Assembly: GCA_963769935.1 (NCBI GenBank)
Contig: CAVYNY010000019.1
Span: forward strand, 32,001-96,000
DNA length: 64,000 nucleotides
Reading direction: 5' to 3'
Source of the DNA: an uncultured delta proteobacterium
GTDB lineage: Bacteria; Desulfobacterota; Desulfobacteria; Desulfobacterales; JAFDCJ01
Below are positions 1 to 10,765 of the stretch, in pieces. The position numbers were made by a program, and so were the translations under genes. The stretch's first letter is position 1, and each line of letters starts with the position of its first letter. Below the pieces are notes generated by a model, which saw only the letters and a list, made by a program, of their open reading frames with translations, had not been told where the DNA came from and made no database searches.

Positions 1-312
1 CGGCCAAGCATGCATGCAATAATTACCATTTCATTGATTACAGCGGTTGCAGCGACAAATATAGTGCTTTTCTGGTTCGCTTTAAACACTCATATCAATT
101 AATTTGACCGTTACAGTCAGATCCTTAAAATTCAATTCAAATAAGATTAACAATCACTGTCGTGTAATTCTATTACCCCTAATGTTAAATAAAGTTTAAA
201 GCCTGTCTATTTTTTTGAACAATTTTCCCGATCATAAATTTTAAATTTGATTTCAGTTCTTCTTAAAATTATAGCGGAATCGCAAAAATAGAAGCTTTAA
301 AGGTGAGGGCTT

Positions 313-720
313 ATGCAATTATCAATATTGAATGACAATGCCTCAAGCGCACTTAAGGACAAGACAGTTTTGCTTATAGATGATGAAAAATTGGTGATCG
401 AAATCGGCGAGCTGATGCTGCGGCGGCTGGGGCATAAGGTTTTTAAAGCCAACAGCGGATTTGAAGCCGTCAAAATCTTTGAGGAATACCAGAGCCAGAT
501 CGATCTTGTGATCATGGATATGTACATGCCGGAAATGAATGGCCAGGAATTAACAGATAAGTTGCGCAAAATAGATCAAAAAATTAAAGTATTGCTCTCA
601 AGCGGCGGCTTGGCGGATTTAGAGGAAAGGGAAATACTCGACAGAGGTTTCGACGGCTTCATCAGGAAACCTTATAGTATCGATTCCTTATCGGAGGAAA
701 TGGCTAAGATCTTGAATTGA
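313..720 (+). CDS. Single-domain response regulator (CheY-like receiver)
   Basis: Receiver motifs: LLIDDE, DLVIMDMYMPEMNG (phospho-Asp), FIRKPY; SD-like gaggg upstream. Confidence 0.9.
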   Translation: MQLSILNDNASSALKDKTVLLIDDEKLVIEIGELMLRRLGHKVFKANSGFEAVKIFEEYQSQIDLVIMDMYMPEMNGQELTDKLRKIDQKIKVLLSSGGLADLEEREILDRGFDGFIRKPYSIDSLSEEMAKILN

Positions 721-803
721 ATGTCCAACGATTGCATCATTATCCTATGGCCTATGCATCTATGAAAGGTCAAAGTAAAATTTTAATAATAAAGTAAACC
801 CTT

Positions 804-1715
804 TTACAGCAGGTTTTCCGTGCGGTTGCGTCCCAGATCTTTGGCGCGGTACAGGGCTTCGTCGGCTTTGCCGATCAATTGATCCAGGGAGGTCTCCTGA
901 TCGCCGTTATCCATCATGGCCAGGTGGAAGCCGAGCGATATTGTCACCCGCACCCGCGTCTCCCCAAAATCAAATTCAGAATTCTCGACCCTCCCGCGCA
1001 AGCGTTCGCAGTGCAGCTGCATGCCTTCTTTGCTGAGACCACCGCGCGGCATGATGATGAACTCTTCGCCGCCATAGCGCGCAAAAACATCTTCAGGGCG
1101 TTTGCTGCCGCTGATAATGCTCGCAAAGCGGTTCAGGACGAAGTCTCCCATTTGATGACCATAGGTATCATTGATAAGCTTGAAATGATCAATATCCATC
1201 ATAATGATACCCACCTGGTCAAGATGTCGACGGGCATAAGACAGCTCTTCTTCGGCCCGTTTCATAAAGTATTGGCGATTGAAGATGCCGGTTAACCCGT
1301 CAATGAACGCGCTGCGTTTGAGGTTGCGCTCCAGCTGCAGTTCGGCCTCATCTTTGAATTCAATTTTCATAAGCGAATGGCCGACCTGGATGGGAACACC
1401 GGGCGGCACGTGCGTTCGGGTGATTTTAAGGGTATTCACATAGGTTCCATTGGTGGAATCACGGTCCTCGATTTCGAAAATTTCGCCATCCCAATGGAGT
1501 GCGCAATGAACGCGGGAAGCCCAATCATCTTCGATGGTGATATCGGCCTGGGGCGACCGCCCGATCGTCGCCGCACCCGGTTTCAGGGCATGGCGCTTGC
1601 CGCTGTCCCTGCCGATAAAAATCACCAGATACGGATGCAGGGTGCTGTTTTTGACAAAGGATCGGGTATCCTCGAAGATTGTCTGGTTGAGATCGGTGGT
1701 GCTGTCCTTTTTCAT
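804..1715 (-). CDS. FHA-domain diguanylate cyclase
   Basis: FHA motifs IGRS, SRVH and STNGT; GGDEF domain with DIDHFKLINDTYGH and RYGGEEF; RPED I-site. Confidence 0.92.
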   Translation of the reverse strand: MKKDSTTDLNQTIFEDTRSFVKNSTLHPYLVIFIGRDSGKRHALKPGAATIGRSPQADITIEDDWASRVHCALHWDGEIFEIEDRDSTNGTYVNTLKITRTHVPPGVPIQVGHSLMKIEFKDEAELQLERNLKRSAFIDGLTGIFNRQYFMKRAEEELSYARRHLDQVGIIMMDIDHFKLINDTYGHQMGDFVLNRFASIISGSKRPEDVFARYGGEEFIIMPRGGLSKEGMQLHCERLRGRVENSEFDFGETRVRVTISLGFHLAMMDNGDQETSLDQLIGKADEALYRAKDLGRNRTENLL

Positions 1716-1930
1716 AAATGACTGCCGTTTCTGGTGGTGTTAAGCTTAATCTTAGTAAAATTTGCCCGATTGGTCAAATCGCATTTAAACCATTACTTTT
1801 AACCTTGCCAGAATACAAAAAATTCTGTTAGAAATGATTCAGCACCCAACGTTTTTTTCCGTCCCAAAACCACGAAAATTTAGGATCACGGAATTAATCT
1901 TAATTTGTCCTTTTCGTCGAGGAAACGACC

Positions 1931-3664
1931 ATGAAACCAAACTCCAATGAAACCCGACCGAAAAACTCAGCCGCTTCCGAGCCGGCTTCAAATTTCATTA
2001 AACATATTATTGATGAGGATTTAAGTACGGGCCGATTTGACAGCCCCATCCATACCCGCTTTCCCCCCGAACCCAACGGTTATCTGCACATGGGTCATGC
2101 CAAGTCGATCTGCCTGAACTTCGGTTTGGCTCAGGAATACAAGGGGCTTTGCAACCTGCGTTACGATGATACCGATCCGAGCAAGGAAGAAATGGAGTAC
2201 GTGGAGTCCATCAAGCAGGATGTGCGCTGGTTGGGATATGAGTGGCAGGATCGGGAGTATTATGCCTCCAATTACTTCGAACAGCTATTTGAATATGCCG
2301 TTCAGCTGATCAAGGCCGGCAAGGCGTACGTGGACAGCCTGAGCGCCGATGAAATCCGGCAATACCGTGGGACCTTGACCGAGCCCGGGAAAAACAGCCC
2401 CTATCGCCAGCGCTCCATCGAGGAGAACCTGGATCTGTTCGAGCGCATGCGGGCCGGCGAATTCAGCGAAGGAGCGCATGTGCTGCGGGCCAAAATCGAC
2501 ATGTCATCCCCCAATATTATTCTGCGGGACCCGACCTTGTATCGCATCAAGTATGTCTCCCATTACCGGATGGCAAGAATGTGGTGTATTTACCCGATGT
2601 ATGATTTTACCCACTGTCTGTCGGATTCCATTGAGGGGATCACGCACTCGATTTGCACCCTGGAATTTGAAACAAACCGCGCGCTTTATGACTGGGTGCT
2701 GGACCAGTTGGAAGTCTATCATCCCCGCCAAATCGAATTTGCACGTCTGAATTTAAATTTCACGGTTTTAAGCAAGCGCAAGCTCATCCGGCTGGTCGAA
2801 GAGGGCTACGTGTCCGGCTGGGACGACCCCCGCCTGCCGACGATCTCCGGCCTGCGCCGGCGCGGGTATACGCCCGAGTCCATCCGCAGTTTTTGCGACC
2901 GCATCGGTGTGGCCAAGGCCGACAGCATGGTCGATATCGCCCTGCTGGAATATTGCATCCGCGAGGATCTGAACAAAAGCGCCCGCCGGGTGATGGGCGT
3001 ACTGCACCCATTGAAAGTCGTGATCGACAACTACCCTGCAGGAAAGACCGAAGAACTGGAAGCCGTCAACAATCCCGAAGATCCGGGCCTGGGCACCCGC
3101 AAGGTACCTTTTTCGCGCGAATTTTATATCGAAAAAGAGGACTTCATGGAGGATCCGCCGAAAAAGTTTTTCCGTCTGGCCCCCGGCCGGGAGGTCCGGC
3201 TGCGCTACGCTTATTTTGTCAAATGCACCGATGTCGTCAAGGATCCTGCAACCGGTGAGGTTGTCGAGCTGCGCTGCACCTATGACCCGGCAACCCGCGG
3301 CGGCGACGCCCCGGACGGACGCAAAGTCAAGGGCACCTTGCACTGGGTGTCGGCGCCGCACTCGATTCCGGCTGAAGTTCGCCTTTACGAGCATCTTTTT
3401 GTGAAGGAAAATCCCGCTGTTGTGGAGGAAGGCAAAGATTTCACGGATTATGTAAATCCCGGATCTTTGGAAGTTTTAAAAGATTGCCGGGTGGAACCCA
3501 GTCTGAAGGATGCCAAACCCGGCGATCGCTGCCAGTTTGAACGACTCGGCTATTTTTGCGCGGATTCAAAAGACTCCGCCCCCGGAGCCCCGGTTTTTAA
3601 CCGCACGGTGACGCTGCGGGATACCTGGGCCAAAATTCTGAAAGCCCAGGAGAAAGGCACTTAA
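1931..3664 (+). CDS. glnS: Glutamine--tRNA ligase
   Basis: [17 protein letters not shown] (HIGH variant), [32 protein letters not shown]. Confidence 0.97.
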   Translation: MKPNSNETRPKNSAASEPASNFIKHIIDEDLSTGRFDSPIHTRFPPEPNGYLHMGHAKSICLNFGLAQEYKGLCNLRYDDTDPSKEEMEYVESIKQDVRWLGYEWQDREYYASNYFEQLFEYAVQLIKAGKAYVDSLSADEIRQYRGTLTEPGKNSPYRQRSIEENLDLFERMRAGEFSEGAHVLRAKIDMSSPNIILRDPTLYRIKYVSHYRMARMWCIYPMYDFTHCLSDSIEGITHSICTLEFETNRALYDWVLDQLEVYHPRQIEFARLNLNFTVLSKRKLIRLVEEGYVSGWDDPRLPTISGLRRRGYTPESIRSFCDRIGVAKADSMVDIALLEYCIREDLNKSARRVMGVLHPLKVVIDNYPAGKTEELEAVNNPEDPGLGTRKVPFSREFYIEKEDFMEDPPKKFFRLAPGREVRLRYAYFVKCTDVVKDPATGEVVELRCTYDPATRGGDAPDGRKVKGTLHWVSAPHSIPAEVRLYEHLFVKENPAVVEEGKDFTDYVNPGSLEVLKDCRVEPSLKDAKPGDRCQFERLGYFCADSKDSAPGAPVFNRTVTLRDTWAKILKAQEKGT

Positions 3665-3826
3665 AATAATTAGAGAATCCTGTCCCAGGGCCCAGCCAAC
3701 GGCGGGGTAGGACTTCACTTCGGAGGGATGGTTTCTGTCGTCAGATAATTCATGGAATATTTATACGAAGCAGCCAATCATCTCTGACCTGGCTCAAATG
3801 CCCAGGTTTTCAATGTTTGGAATAAC

Positions 3827-4876
3827 TTAAACAATCTGATCCAGGTACCATTGGTAAACCTGCCGGATTCCCGATTTAAGCTGGATTTTCGGCTGCCACC
3901 CCAGTTTACCCAGCCGGGATCCATCCAGCAGTTTCTGCGGTGTGCCGTCCGGTCTTTCGGCATCCCAATTGATGCTGCCTTTAAAACCCACAACATCGGA
4001 AACTACCTCCGCCAGCTCAAGGATGGTCTGGTCCCTTCCCCAACCGATATTGATAATTTCCGATTCATCGTAGCCACGCATCAGAAACACACCGGCATCG
4101 GCCAGGTCGTCGACATGCAGGAATTCGCGCCGCGGCGTGCCCGTGCCCCAGAGGATTACCACCGGCTGATTCGTTGAGCGGTCGGGCGTTTGATTGGTTG
4201 ACAGGTCGATGCCGATAGATTTCTTTATATCGTCGGGGATGGGCCCAAAGACAGCTTCATCTTTTTGAATTGCCTGCCAATCGCCGGCCGCAGCCAGTTT
4301 GGCCAGGTGAAATTTGCGGATCAGGGCCGGGAGCACATGGGAGGTTTCCAGATCGAAGTTGTCGTTGGGGCCGTAAAGATTGTTGGGCATGACGCTGATG
4401 TAGCGGGTATGATACTGGCGATTGTAGGCCTGGCACATCTTTATCCCGGCAATCTTGGCTACTGCATAAGATTCATTGGTGGGTTCGAGATAATCGGACA
4501 AAAAATATTTTTCCTTGATGGGCTGCGGGCAAAGCTTGGGATAAATGCAGGAGCTGCCCAGAAAGAGCAGTTTTTTTACTTGGTTTTGATAGGACGCATG
4601 AATGATGTTGGTCTGGATGGTGATATTTTCGTATATGAAATTGGCCGGGTAAATGTTGTTGCCCCAGATGCCGCCCACCCTGGCAGCGGCCAGAAAAACA
4701 TATTCCGGCTCTTCTGCCCTGAAAAATGCCTCGACCCGGTCCTGCCGGAGCAAATCCAGCTCAGCATGGGATCGGGTGACGATGTTCCTGTAACCTTCGG
4801 CCTCGAGCCGGCGTACAAAGGCCGAACCGACTAACCCCCCGTGCCCGGCAACATAGATTTTAGCTGTTTTTTCCAT
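3827..4876 (-). CDS. fcl: GDP-L-fucose synthase
   Basis: AGHGGLVGS, LGSSCIYPK, YAVAK, NLYGPNDNF, WGTGTPRREFLHVDD; start placed at MEKTAK. Confidence 0.95.
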   Translation of the reverse strand: MEKTAKIYVAGHGGLVGSAFVRRLEAEGYRNIVTRSHAELDLLRQDRVEAFFRAEEPEYVFLAAARVGGIWGNNIYPANFIYENITIQTNIIHASYQNQVKKLLFLGSSCIYPKLCPQPIKEKYFLSDYLEPTNESYAVAKIAGIKMCQAYNRQYHTRYISVMPNNLYGPNDNFDLETSHVLPALIRKFHLAKLAAAGDWQAIQKDEAVFGPIPDDIKKSIGIDLSTNQTPDRSTNQPVVILWGTGTPRREFLHVDDLADAGVFLMRGYDESEIINIGWGRDQTILELAEVVSDVVGFKGSINWDAERPDGTPQKLLDGSRLGKLGWQPKIQLKSGIRQVYQWYLDQIV

Positions 4877-4886
4877 CCAAACGTTC

Positions 4887-5753
4887 CTAACGAATAGCCA
4901 CAAACCACGGATTCAGCAGATTCTCCTTGTTATAAACCAGCGGTTCTTCAGTATCGTACTTGAACACCTTGGCCCCGGAGAATTCAACGATGGCCTGGCC
5001 GGCTGCCGTATCCCATTCCATGGTCGGTCCCGTTCTGGGGTAGATGTCCGCCCGGCCCTCGGCTACCAGACATAGCTTAAGAGAACTGCCGGCCGATATA
5101 AATTCAACCTCACCATATTCCCGACGCTTTTTTTCAACAAAAGCCTCTAGTTCGGGTGTCGCATGAGAGCGGCTGCCGGCGATGGTGAATGGTCGATCAG
5201 CTGATGGGGCGAGGGGCAGTTTTGATGAATGCGCAATCAGATCGTGCAGCAGTCGACCTGCGTCGCTGTCCGACATGTCGGCCAGTCGATTCTTCGCGAC
5301 GGATTGGCTGTCCAAAAAGTCGGCTAACCGGCGAACGTCGGCTCGGTAGGCGCCAATTTCTTCGGATGCAAAATATAGAATGTCTTTATCGGGCAGATTG
5401 ACAACACCGGCTATTGGTTTTCGACCGCGAATCATTGCGATGTTGACGGTAAATTCACCGTTTTTCTTGATAAACTCCTTAGTTCCGTCCAGGGGGTCGA
5501 TCAGCCAGTAGACATCCCATTTATTTCTCTGCTGGAAGGGGATATCCTTGCCCTCCTCGCTTAAAATTGAAATGGCGAATTCCGCCAGATCGTTTACTAT
5601 CGTTTTATGAGAAAGCTTGTCTGCAAGGGTGAGCGGTGATTTATCAGCCTTTTCCTCGACCTTGAAATCAGACGATCTATAAACTTCAAGAATCGCATTT
5701 CCGGCCTTGATTGCAGTCTGAATGGAAGCCAACAGGCATATTTTAATGTTCAT
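4887..5753 (-). CDS. cysQ: 3'(2'),5'-bisphosphate nucleotidase
   Basis: KADKSPLTLAD, LSEE, WLIDPLDGTKEF, GSSLK, EWDTAAG; start placed at MNIKIC. Confidence 0.93.
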   Translation of the reverse strand: MNIKICLLASIQTAIKAGNAILEVYRSSDFKVEEKADKSPLTLADKLSHKTIVNDLAEFAISILSEEGKDIPFQQRNKWDVYWLIDPLDGTKEFIKKNGEFTVNIAMIRGRKPIAGVVNLPDKDILYFASEEIGAYRADVRRLADFLDSQSVAKNRLADMSDSDAGRLLHDLIAHSSKLPLAPSADRPFTIAGSRSHATPELEAFVEKKRREYGEVEFISAGSSLKLCLVAEGRADIYPRTGPTMEWDTAAGQAIVEFSGAKVFKYDTEEPLVYNKENLLNPWFVAIR

Positions 5754-5936
5754 CTTTTTCCCGATACTCCCTATTATTGCAGCTCCCACCCGTCGATTTC
5801 ATTGGCAAAGTTTGCGTAAGCAACTGAACTAAAAATAAATATTAATGGTTTAACTCCAAATGTTAGTGGGCTTTAGTCTATTATGAACCCAACTGAAAGT
5901 CAATTTGAGATACCGCTGCCTAAATCTTCAACCGAT

Positions 5937-6797
5937 CTACATCACAATTCCCACATATCCCACGAAACTATCGCCCGGTGATTTGTCGAAACTGGTGGCG
6001 TAGGCAATCTCATCCGCTTGATTCGCGCCCAGATTTTTGGCGGCCTCGATGGCAGTGGCGGCCGCCCCCGCACAACATGCATTCCGACTGGCAAGCGCCT
6101 CGGCGATAACTTTTTCAGGCTCCAGCGCCAGCATCGCATTGATGACCCGGCGATCGTTCTCGCTGCGCACCCAGTCCAAGGCCTTTTTACCGGTACCTTT
6201 TGAGGTGAAACCGTAATTGTAGCCGTAATGCGTCAAATCTGTGGAGCCGATGACCTTGACCTTCAAGCCCATTTGATTGGCGATGTCGACGGCCGCCTTA
6301 CCGATCGGCAGAGAACTTTTATTCGGCGGCACGCCCACGGCAACGATCTTCGTCTCCGGGAAAAAGTACTTGATAAACGGCAGCTGCAACTCAACGGTGT
6401 TATCCTGGGTAAACCGATCCGGCGTTTCAAGCGTAAATGAAAAACTTTTTGCCAGTTCGGCCGCCAGCCGCTCTTCGACCGGAATTTCACCGAAGGGTGT
6501 CTCCCAGGCGCCTTCGGGCATCAGATAAGAGGAGGAGTCCGGATGAAGGTGCATGCCGAAGACGACAATCACATCCGGCGGTTCCCGGTCTTTCAATAGG
6601 TTGATCACATTGCAGGCAATACCGCCCGAAAAATACCATCCGGCATGCGGCACAATGCCGCCCACCCGCTTTCGGTCCGGCGGCTTAATGTTCTTGCCCT
6701 CCACCAGAAAACCGGCAATCTCTCTTTCACAATCGGCCGCACTCGAGGGATACCAGCTTCCCGCAAACATCGCCCTTCTGACATTCGAGGTTTTCAT
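5937..6797 (-). CDS. amrB: MEMO1-family / AmmeMemoRadiSam system protein B
   Basis: AGSWYP, IVPHAGWYFSG, ELQLPF, STDLTHYG, VGY at the C-terminus; SD gggagg before MKTSNV. Confidence 0.88.
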   Translation of the reverse strand: MKTSNVRRAMFAGSWYPSSAADCEREIAGFLVEGKNIKPPDRKRVGGIVPHAGWYFSGGIACNVINLLKDREPPDVIVVFGMHLHPDSSSYLMPEGAWETPFGEIPVEERLAAELAKSFSFTLETPDRFTQDNTVELQLPFIKYFFPETKIVAVGVPPNKSSLPIGKAAVDIANQMGLKVKVIGSTDLTHYGYNYGFTSKGTGKKALDWVRSENDRRVINAMLALEPEKVIAEALASRNACCAGAAATAIEAAKNLGANQADEIAYATSFDKSPGDSFVGYVGIVM

Positions 6798-6931
6798 GAT
6801 CCACCTCCCATCAGCTTTTAATATAGAGGAAACTGTTTTTATTTTAAAACAACTTAACATGTACCATACTGACTTTAAATTGGCAATTAGGGTTTGCTTT
6901 GATGTTACCCCCGCCGGCGCGCCGTCCCGGC

Positions 6932-6959
6932 TTGACAGCTAATCATTTATCATTATTGT
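6932..6959 (+). promoter_or_regulatory. Putative sigma70 promoter for nifU-nifS
   Basis: TTGACA (6932-6937), 16-bp spacer, TATTGT (6954-6959) in an AT-rich spacer upstream of nifU. Confidence 0.35.
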
Positions 6960-7117
6960 TAAGTTCGACTTTTCATTTAAAAAAAGATGATTATTTTGAA
7001 TTCAAGTTAATGAAACGAGGGCCGTCTGCGAAAACCGGTACGCGCTGAGATACCGGAAAAATTTAAAAGGTTATGGGGGATGGTCAGGCAACCATTTGAC
7101 CACGCCAGGAGGGTTAT

Positions 7118-7945
7118 ATGTGGGAGTACACGGATAAGGTAAAAGATCATTTTTTAAATCCGCGCAATGTGGGTATCATGGAAGACGCCGACGGCGTCGG
7201 AGAAGTGGGGTCCATCGCATGCGGCGACGCCCTGACATTTTATTTCAAGCTGGATGAAAACGGGAAAATTAAGGATGCCACATTTCAAACCTTCGGGTGT
7301 GCCAGTGCAATTGCATCGTCCTCGGCGCTGACCGAAATGGTGAAAGGCCTGACCCTCGAGGAAGCCAAAAAAATTACCAACGATGACATTGCCGCGTACC
7401 TCGGCGGCCTGCCCAAAGAGAAGATGCACTGTTCGGTTATGGGCCGGGATGCCCTTGAGAAGGCCATCACCTGTTATCTCGGTGAACCTGAAAAAAAATT
7501 GGAAGGCAATATCGTCTGCGAGTGCTTCGGTGTGACGGATGTTGAAATCGCGCGCGTGGTCAGGGAAAACCACCTTTCCACCATCGAGGATGTAACCGAT
7601 TATGTCAAGGCCGGCGGCGGCTGCGGCAACTGCCACGATAAAATTCAGGAAATCATCGACTCCATCATAGGCACGCAACGGCCGCTCAAGAAAAAAGCCC
7701 CGGTGTTGACGAATCTGCAAAAGATTAAGCTGATCGAGGAGAGCATCGAGCGCGAAATCAACCCGAGCCTTAAAAAGGATGCCGGCCGACTGGAGCTGGT
7801 CGATGTGGACGGCAACCGCGTATTGGTACGAATGGGCGGCACCTGCGCATCCTGCGCCAAATCCTCGATTACCCTCAAACACTATGTTGAATCCAAACTG
7901 CGGGAACTGGTAGCGCCTGAACTCGTGGTCGAGGAGGTGCAGTAA
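7118..7945 (+). CDS. nifU: Fe-S cluster assembly scaffold NifU (three-domain)
   Basis: ACGD, FGCASAIAS, KMHCS; BFD-like CECFGV...GCGNC; C-terminal Nfu CASC. Confidence 0.96.
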   Translation: MWEYTDKVKDHFLNPRNVGIMEDADGVGEVGSIACGDALTFYFKLDENGKIKDATFQTFGCASAIASSSALTEMVKGLTLEEAKKITNDDIAAYLGGLPKEKMHCSVMGRDALEKAITCYLGEPEKKLEGNIVCECFGVTDVEIARVVRENHLSTIEDVTDYVKAGGGCGNCHDKIQEIIDSIIGTQRPLKKKAPVLTNLQKIKLIEESIEREINPSLKKDAGRLELVDVDGNRVLVRMGGTCASCAKSSITLKHYVESKLRELVAPELVVEEVQ

Positions 7946-9132
7946 TGAAGGTTATCTACCTGGACAATAATGCCACCACTAAAGTTGCCCCGGAAGTGAT
8001 GGAGGCCATGCTGCCGTATTTCAGCGAATATTACGGCAATCCGTCAAGCATGCATTCGTTTGGCGGTGATGTTGCTGCAAAAATCAAAGAGGCGCGCGAA
8101 AATGTGGCCAATCTGATCGGAGCGGCCTCACCGGATGAAATCATTTTTACCAGCTGCGGCACGGAAAGTGACGGCACGGCCATTCGGGCCGCCATTGAGT
8201 CTTACCCCGACAGAAAGCATATTGTCACCTCCAGGGTCGAACATCCCGCCATAAAAAATCTGTTTGAAACCCTGTCCAAAAAAGGCTGCCGGGTTACGTT
8301 TGTGCCGGTTGACCATGAAGGCCGGCTGGATGTGGACTACCTCTACGACAATTTGAGCGACGACACTGCCATCGTCAGTCTGATGTGGGCCAACAATGAA
8401 ACCGGCGTGATCTTTCCGGTGGAAGAAATTTCACAGGAAGTCAAGGACCGGGGAATTGTGTTTCACACCGATGCGGTTCAGGCCGCCGGCAAGTTCCCGA
8501 TCGATGTCAAGACCACCGGAGTGGATATGCTGTCGCTATCAGGCCATAAATTCCACGCCCCCAAGGGCATCGGGGTGCTTTACATCCGCAAAGGCACCAA
8601 ATTTTCTCCCTATATGATCGGCGGGCATCAGGAACACGGCCGCCGCGGCGGAACCGAAAACGTGGCCTCCATCATCGCCCTGGGCAAGGCGGCCGCAATG
8701 GCCAAAATACACCTGAATAACAATGGATATGAGCGCATCGGAAAACTGAGAGACAAACTGGAAACCACCCTGCTGGAAAAGATCCCCCATACCATGATCA
8801 ATGGCGAGCGCGAACACCGCCTGCTGAATACCACCAATATCTCCTTTGAATATGTGGAAGGCGAGGCAATTCTGCTGATGATGAATGAATTCGGCATCTG
8901 CGCCTCATCCGGTTCGGCCTGCACCTCCGGCTCCCTGGAACCGTCTCATGTAATGCGCGCCATGGGAGTGCCGTATACCGCTGCTCACGGCTCCATCCGG
9001 TTCAGCCTCAGCCGCTACTCCAAAGAAGAAGAAATCGATGTCGTCGTTGAAAAGCTTCCGCCCATCATCGAACGCCTGCGGGGGATGTCGCCCTTTTGGA
9101 AAGAAGCCTTCGGGCTGAAAGCTAAATGCTGA
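7945..9132 (+). CDS. nifS: Cysteine desulfurase NifS
   Basis: YLDNNATT, HTDAVQ, SGHKFHAPKG (PLP Lys), SSGSACTS; TAATG overlap with nifU. Confidence 0.96.
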   Translation: MKVIYLDNNATTKVAPEVMEAMLPYFSEYYGNPSSMHSFGGDVAAKIKEARENVANLIGAASPDEIIFTSCGTESDGTAIRAAIESYPDRKHIVTSRVEHPAIKNLFETLSKKGCRVTFVPVDHEGRLDVDYLYDNLSDDTAIVSLMWANNETGVIFPVEEISQEVKDRGIVFHTDAVQAAGKFPIDVKTTGVDMLSLSGHKFHAPKGIGVLYIRKGTKFSPYMIGGHQEHGRRGGTENVASIIALGKAAAMAKIHLNNNGYERIGKLRDKLETTLLEKIPHTMINGEREHRLLNTTNISFEYVEGEAILLMMNEFGICASSGSACTSGSLEPSHVMRAMGVPYTAAHGSIRFSLSRYSKEEEIDVVVEKLPPIIERLRGMSPFWKEAFGLKAKC

Positions 9133-9157
9133 AAATTGAAGGGGTTGATTGAGTTTA

Positions 9158-9406
9158 ATGACTGTACAGGTAAACATAGGTGAAGCTAAATCCAAACTAT
9201 CGAAATTGATCAACCAGGTAATTGCAGGCGAGGAGGTCATTATTGCCAAATCGGGCAAGCCCGTAGCCAAAATCGTACCGCTTGAAAAACCGATTCAGGA
9301 TCGCAAACCCGGATCGGCAAAGGGCAGAATAATCATTGCTGATAATTTCGATGCACCGCTGCCTGACGATATTTTTAAGGAATTCTACAAAGGAAATATA
9401 ATTTAA
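9158..9406 (+). CDS. Phd/YefM-family (prevent-host-death) antitoxin, no toxin adjacent
   Basis: VNIGEAKSKLSKL...GEEVIIAKSGKPVAKIVP...RKPGSAKG...DNFDAPLP. Confidence 0.88.
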   Translation: MTVQVNIGEAKSKLSKLINQVIAGEEVIIAKSGKPVAKIVPLEKPIQDRKPGSAKGRIIIADNFDAPLPDDIFKEFYKGNII

Positions 9407-9615
9407 AAGTGGTCTGGTAAGGCAAGGGTGATAGGACATTTAAGAAAGTTTTATAACGCTGTGCGCTCGCCGGGATAAATCCGCGATCCGCAATCAAGCC
9501 GTTCTCACCAGCAGCCTCTTTTTTACACTATGCTCTATGCGAATATGTTCCGCCTTCCCCCTTCCGAACTCCATCCTCTGTCATCAGTTCTCTGTCTTCC
9601 GCCATCTGGCTCCTG

Positions 9616-10410
9616 TCATGTGTCTTCCGTCTTCTGCTTTACCTTCCCCTTAAGCCACTCCAGCCAAGGCTCCAATCCTTCCTCAGTTTTTGCGGACATC
9701 TCAAAAATCGGCATATCAGGGTGAACCTGGTGGATGAAGTCGATAGCCTTTTGCTTGTCGTAGTCCAGATAAGGCAGCAGATCAATCTTATTGAGTAAAG
9801 CAACTTCACATTCCCGGAACATGAGCGGGTATTTTACGGGCTTGTCTTCACCCTCCGTCACGCTCAATACCACCACGCGGGTGTCTTCACCGATATCGAA
9901 CTCAGCCGGACAGACCAGGTTGCCGACATTTTCTACGATTAATAGATCGAGATCATCCAATTCCAGGCTCACGGCGGCCTTTTCAATCACGTGGGCGACA
10001 AGGTGGCAATCGCCGCCGAATTCGTCCGTATTGATCTGCACCACGGGTGCACCGCTTAGGGCCAGCCGGTCGGCATCATTGGTGGTGCAGATGTCGCCGA
10101 CGATCACCGCCGCTTTTATCTCCGGCATAATGCGGGCCAGCGTCTTTTCCAGGGTGGTGGTCTTGCCGGAACCCGGAGAACTCATGACGTTGATGACAAA
10201 TACGCCCTTATCCGCAAACAGCCGGCGGTTTTCGGCCGCCATCTTATCATTGACGTCAAGAACACGACGAACCACCTTGATTTCCCGAGTTCCGCTCTTT
10301 TGGGTGGTGACGCCGGAATCACCGTCACGGGCATGGGAATGCGGATGTTGGTGATGGGAATCCGTATGGTGAAAGTATTTTGGGGTTTTAAATAACCTGT
10401 CAAGAAACAT
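9616..10410 (-). CDS. hypB: Nickel-incorporation GTPase HypB
   Basis: His-rich N-terminus, SSPGSGKT, CHL, VENVGNLVCPAEFD, EGEDKPVKYP, NKID; start overlaps the hypA stop. Confidence 0.93.
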   Translation of the reverse strand: MFLDRLFKTPKYFHHTDSHHQHPHSHARDGDSGVTTQKSGTREIKVVRRVLDVNDKMAAENRRLFADKGVFVINVMSSPGSGKTTTLEKTLARIMPEIKAAVIVGDICTTNDADRLALSGAPVVQINTDEFGGDCHLVAHVIEKAAVSLELDDLDLLIVENVGNLVCPAEFDIGEDTRVVVLSVTEGEDKPVKYPLMFRECEVALLNKIDLLPYLDYDKQKAIDFIHQVHPDMPIFEMSAKTEEGLEPWLEWLKGKVKQKTEDT

Positions 10411-10765
10411 GGTCGTCCTCTCCGGAAATTTCGATTGATTCGATATCAAGTTCGCGGCCGGAAATAATCTCAAGCGCTCCGCTGCCGCAGTTTTCGCAGG
10501 TAAAGGCCGGACTGTTGATGGTCCATTGCGCATCGCAATCTTTGCACCTGGCCACCACCGGCAACTCTTCAATCGCCAGGGTCGCGCCGTCGAGCGGCGT
10601 ATCCTTGACGACAACTTCAAAACAAAATCGTAAACTATCCGGCACCACGGCAGCCAGTTTGCCGATTTTTAAATTCACTTTTTCAATTCGCACCTTTCCA
10701 GCATCCGGCGGGATGGAGGCGGTGGCTATTTCAACAATCTGCAGCGCGATGCCCATTTCATGCAT
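10400..10765 (-). CDS. hypA: Nickel metallochaperone HypA
   Basis: MHE start, two CxxC motifs (CKDC, CENC), GREL. Confidence 0.95.
   Translation of the reverse strand: MHEMGIALQIVEIATASIPPDAGKVRIEKVNLKIGKLAAVVPDSLRFCFEVVVKDTPLDGATLAIEELPVVARCKDCDAQWTINSPAFTCENCGSGALEIISGRELDIESIEISGEDDHVS

Noticed and set aside
7020..7105. Two hairpins in the nifU leader as a possible riboswitch
   Set aside because: Short stems (ccggta/taccgg, tggtca/tgacca) with no match to an RNA family I recognise.
7118..9132. Nitrogen fixation cluster
   Set aside because: nifU-nifS alone is the housekeeping Fe-S assembly system in many anaerobes; no nifHDK in the window.
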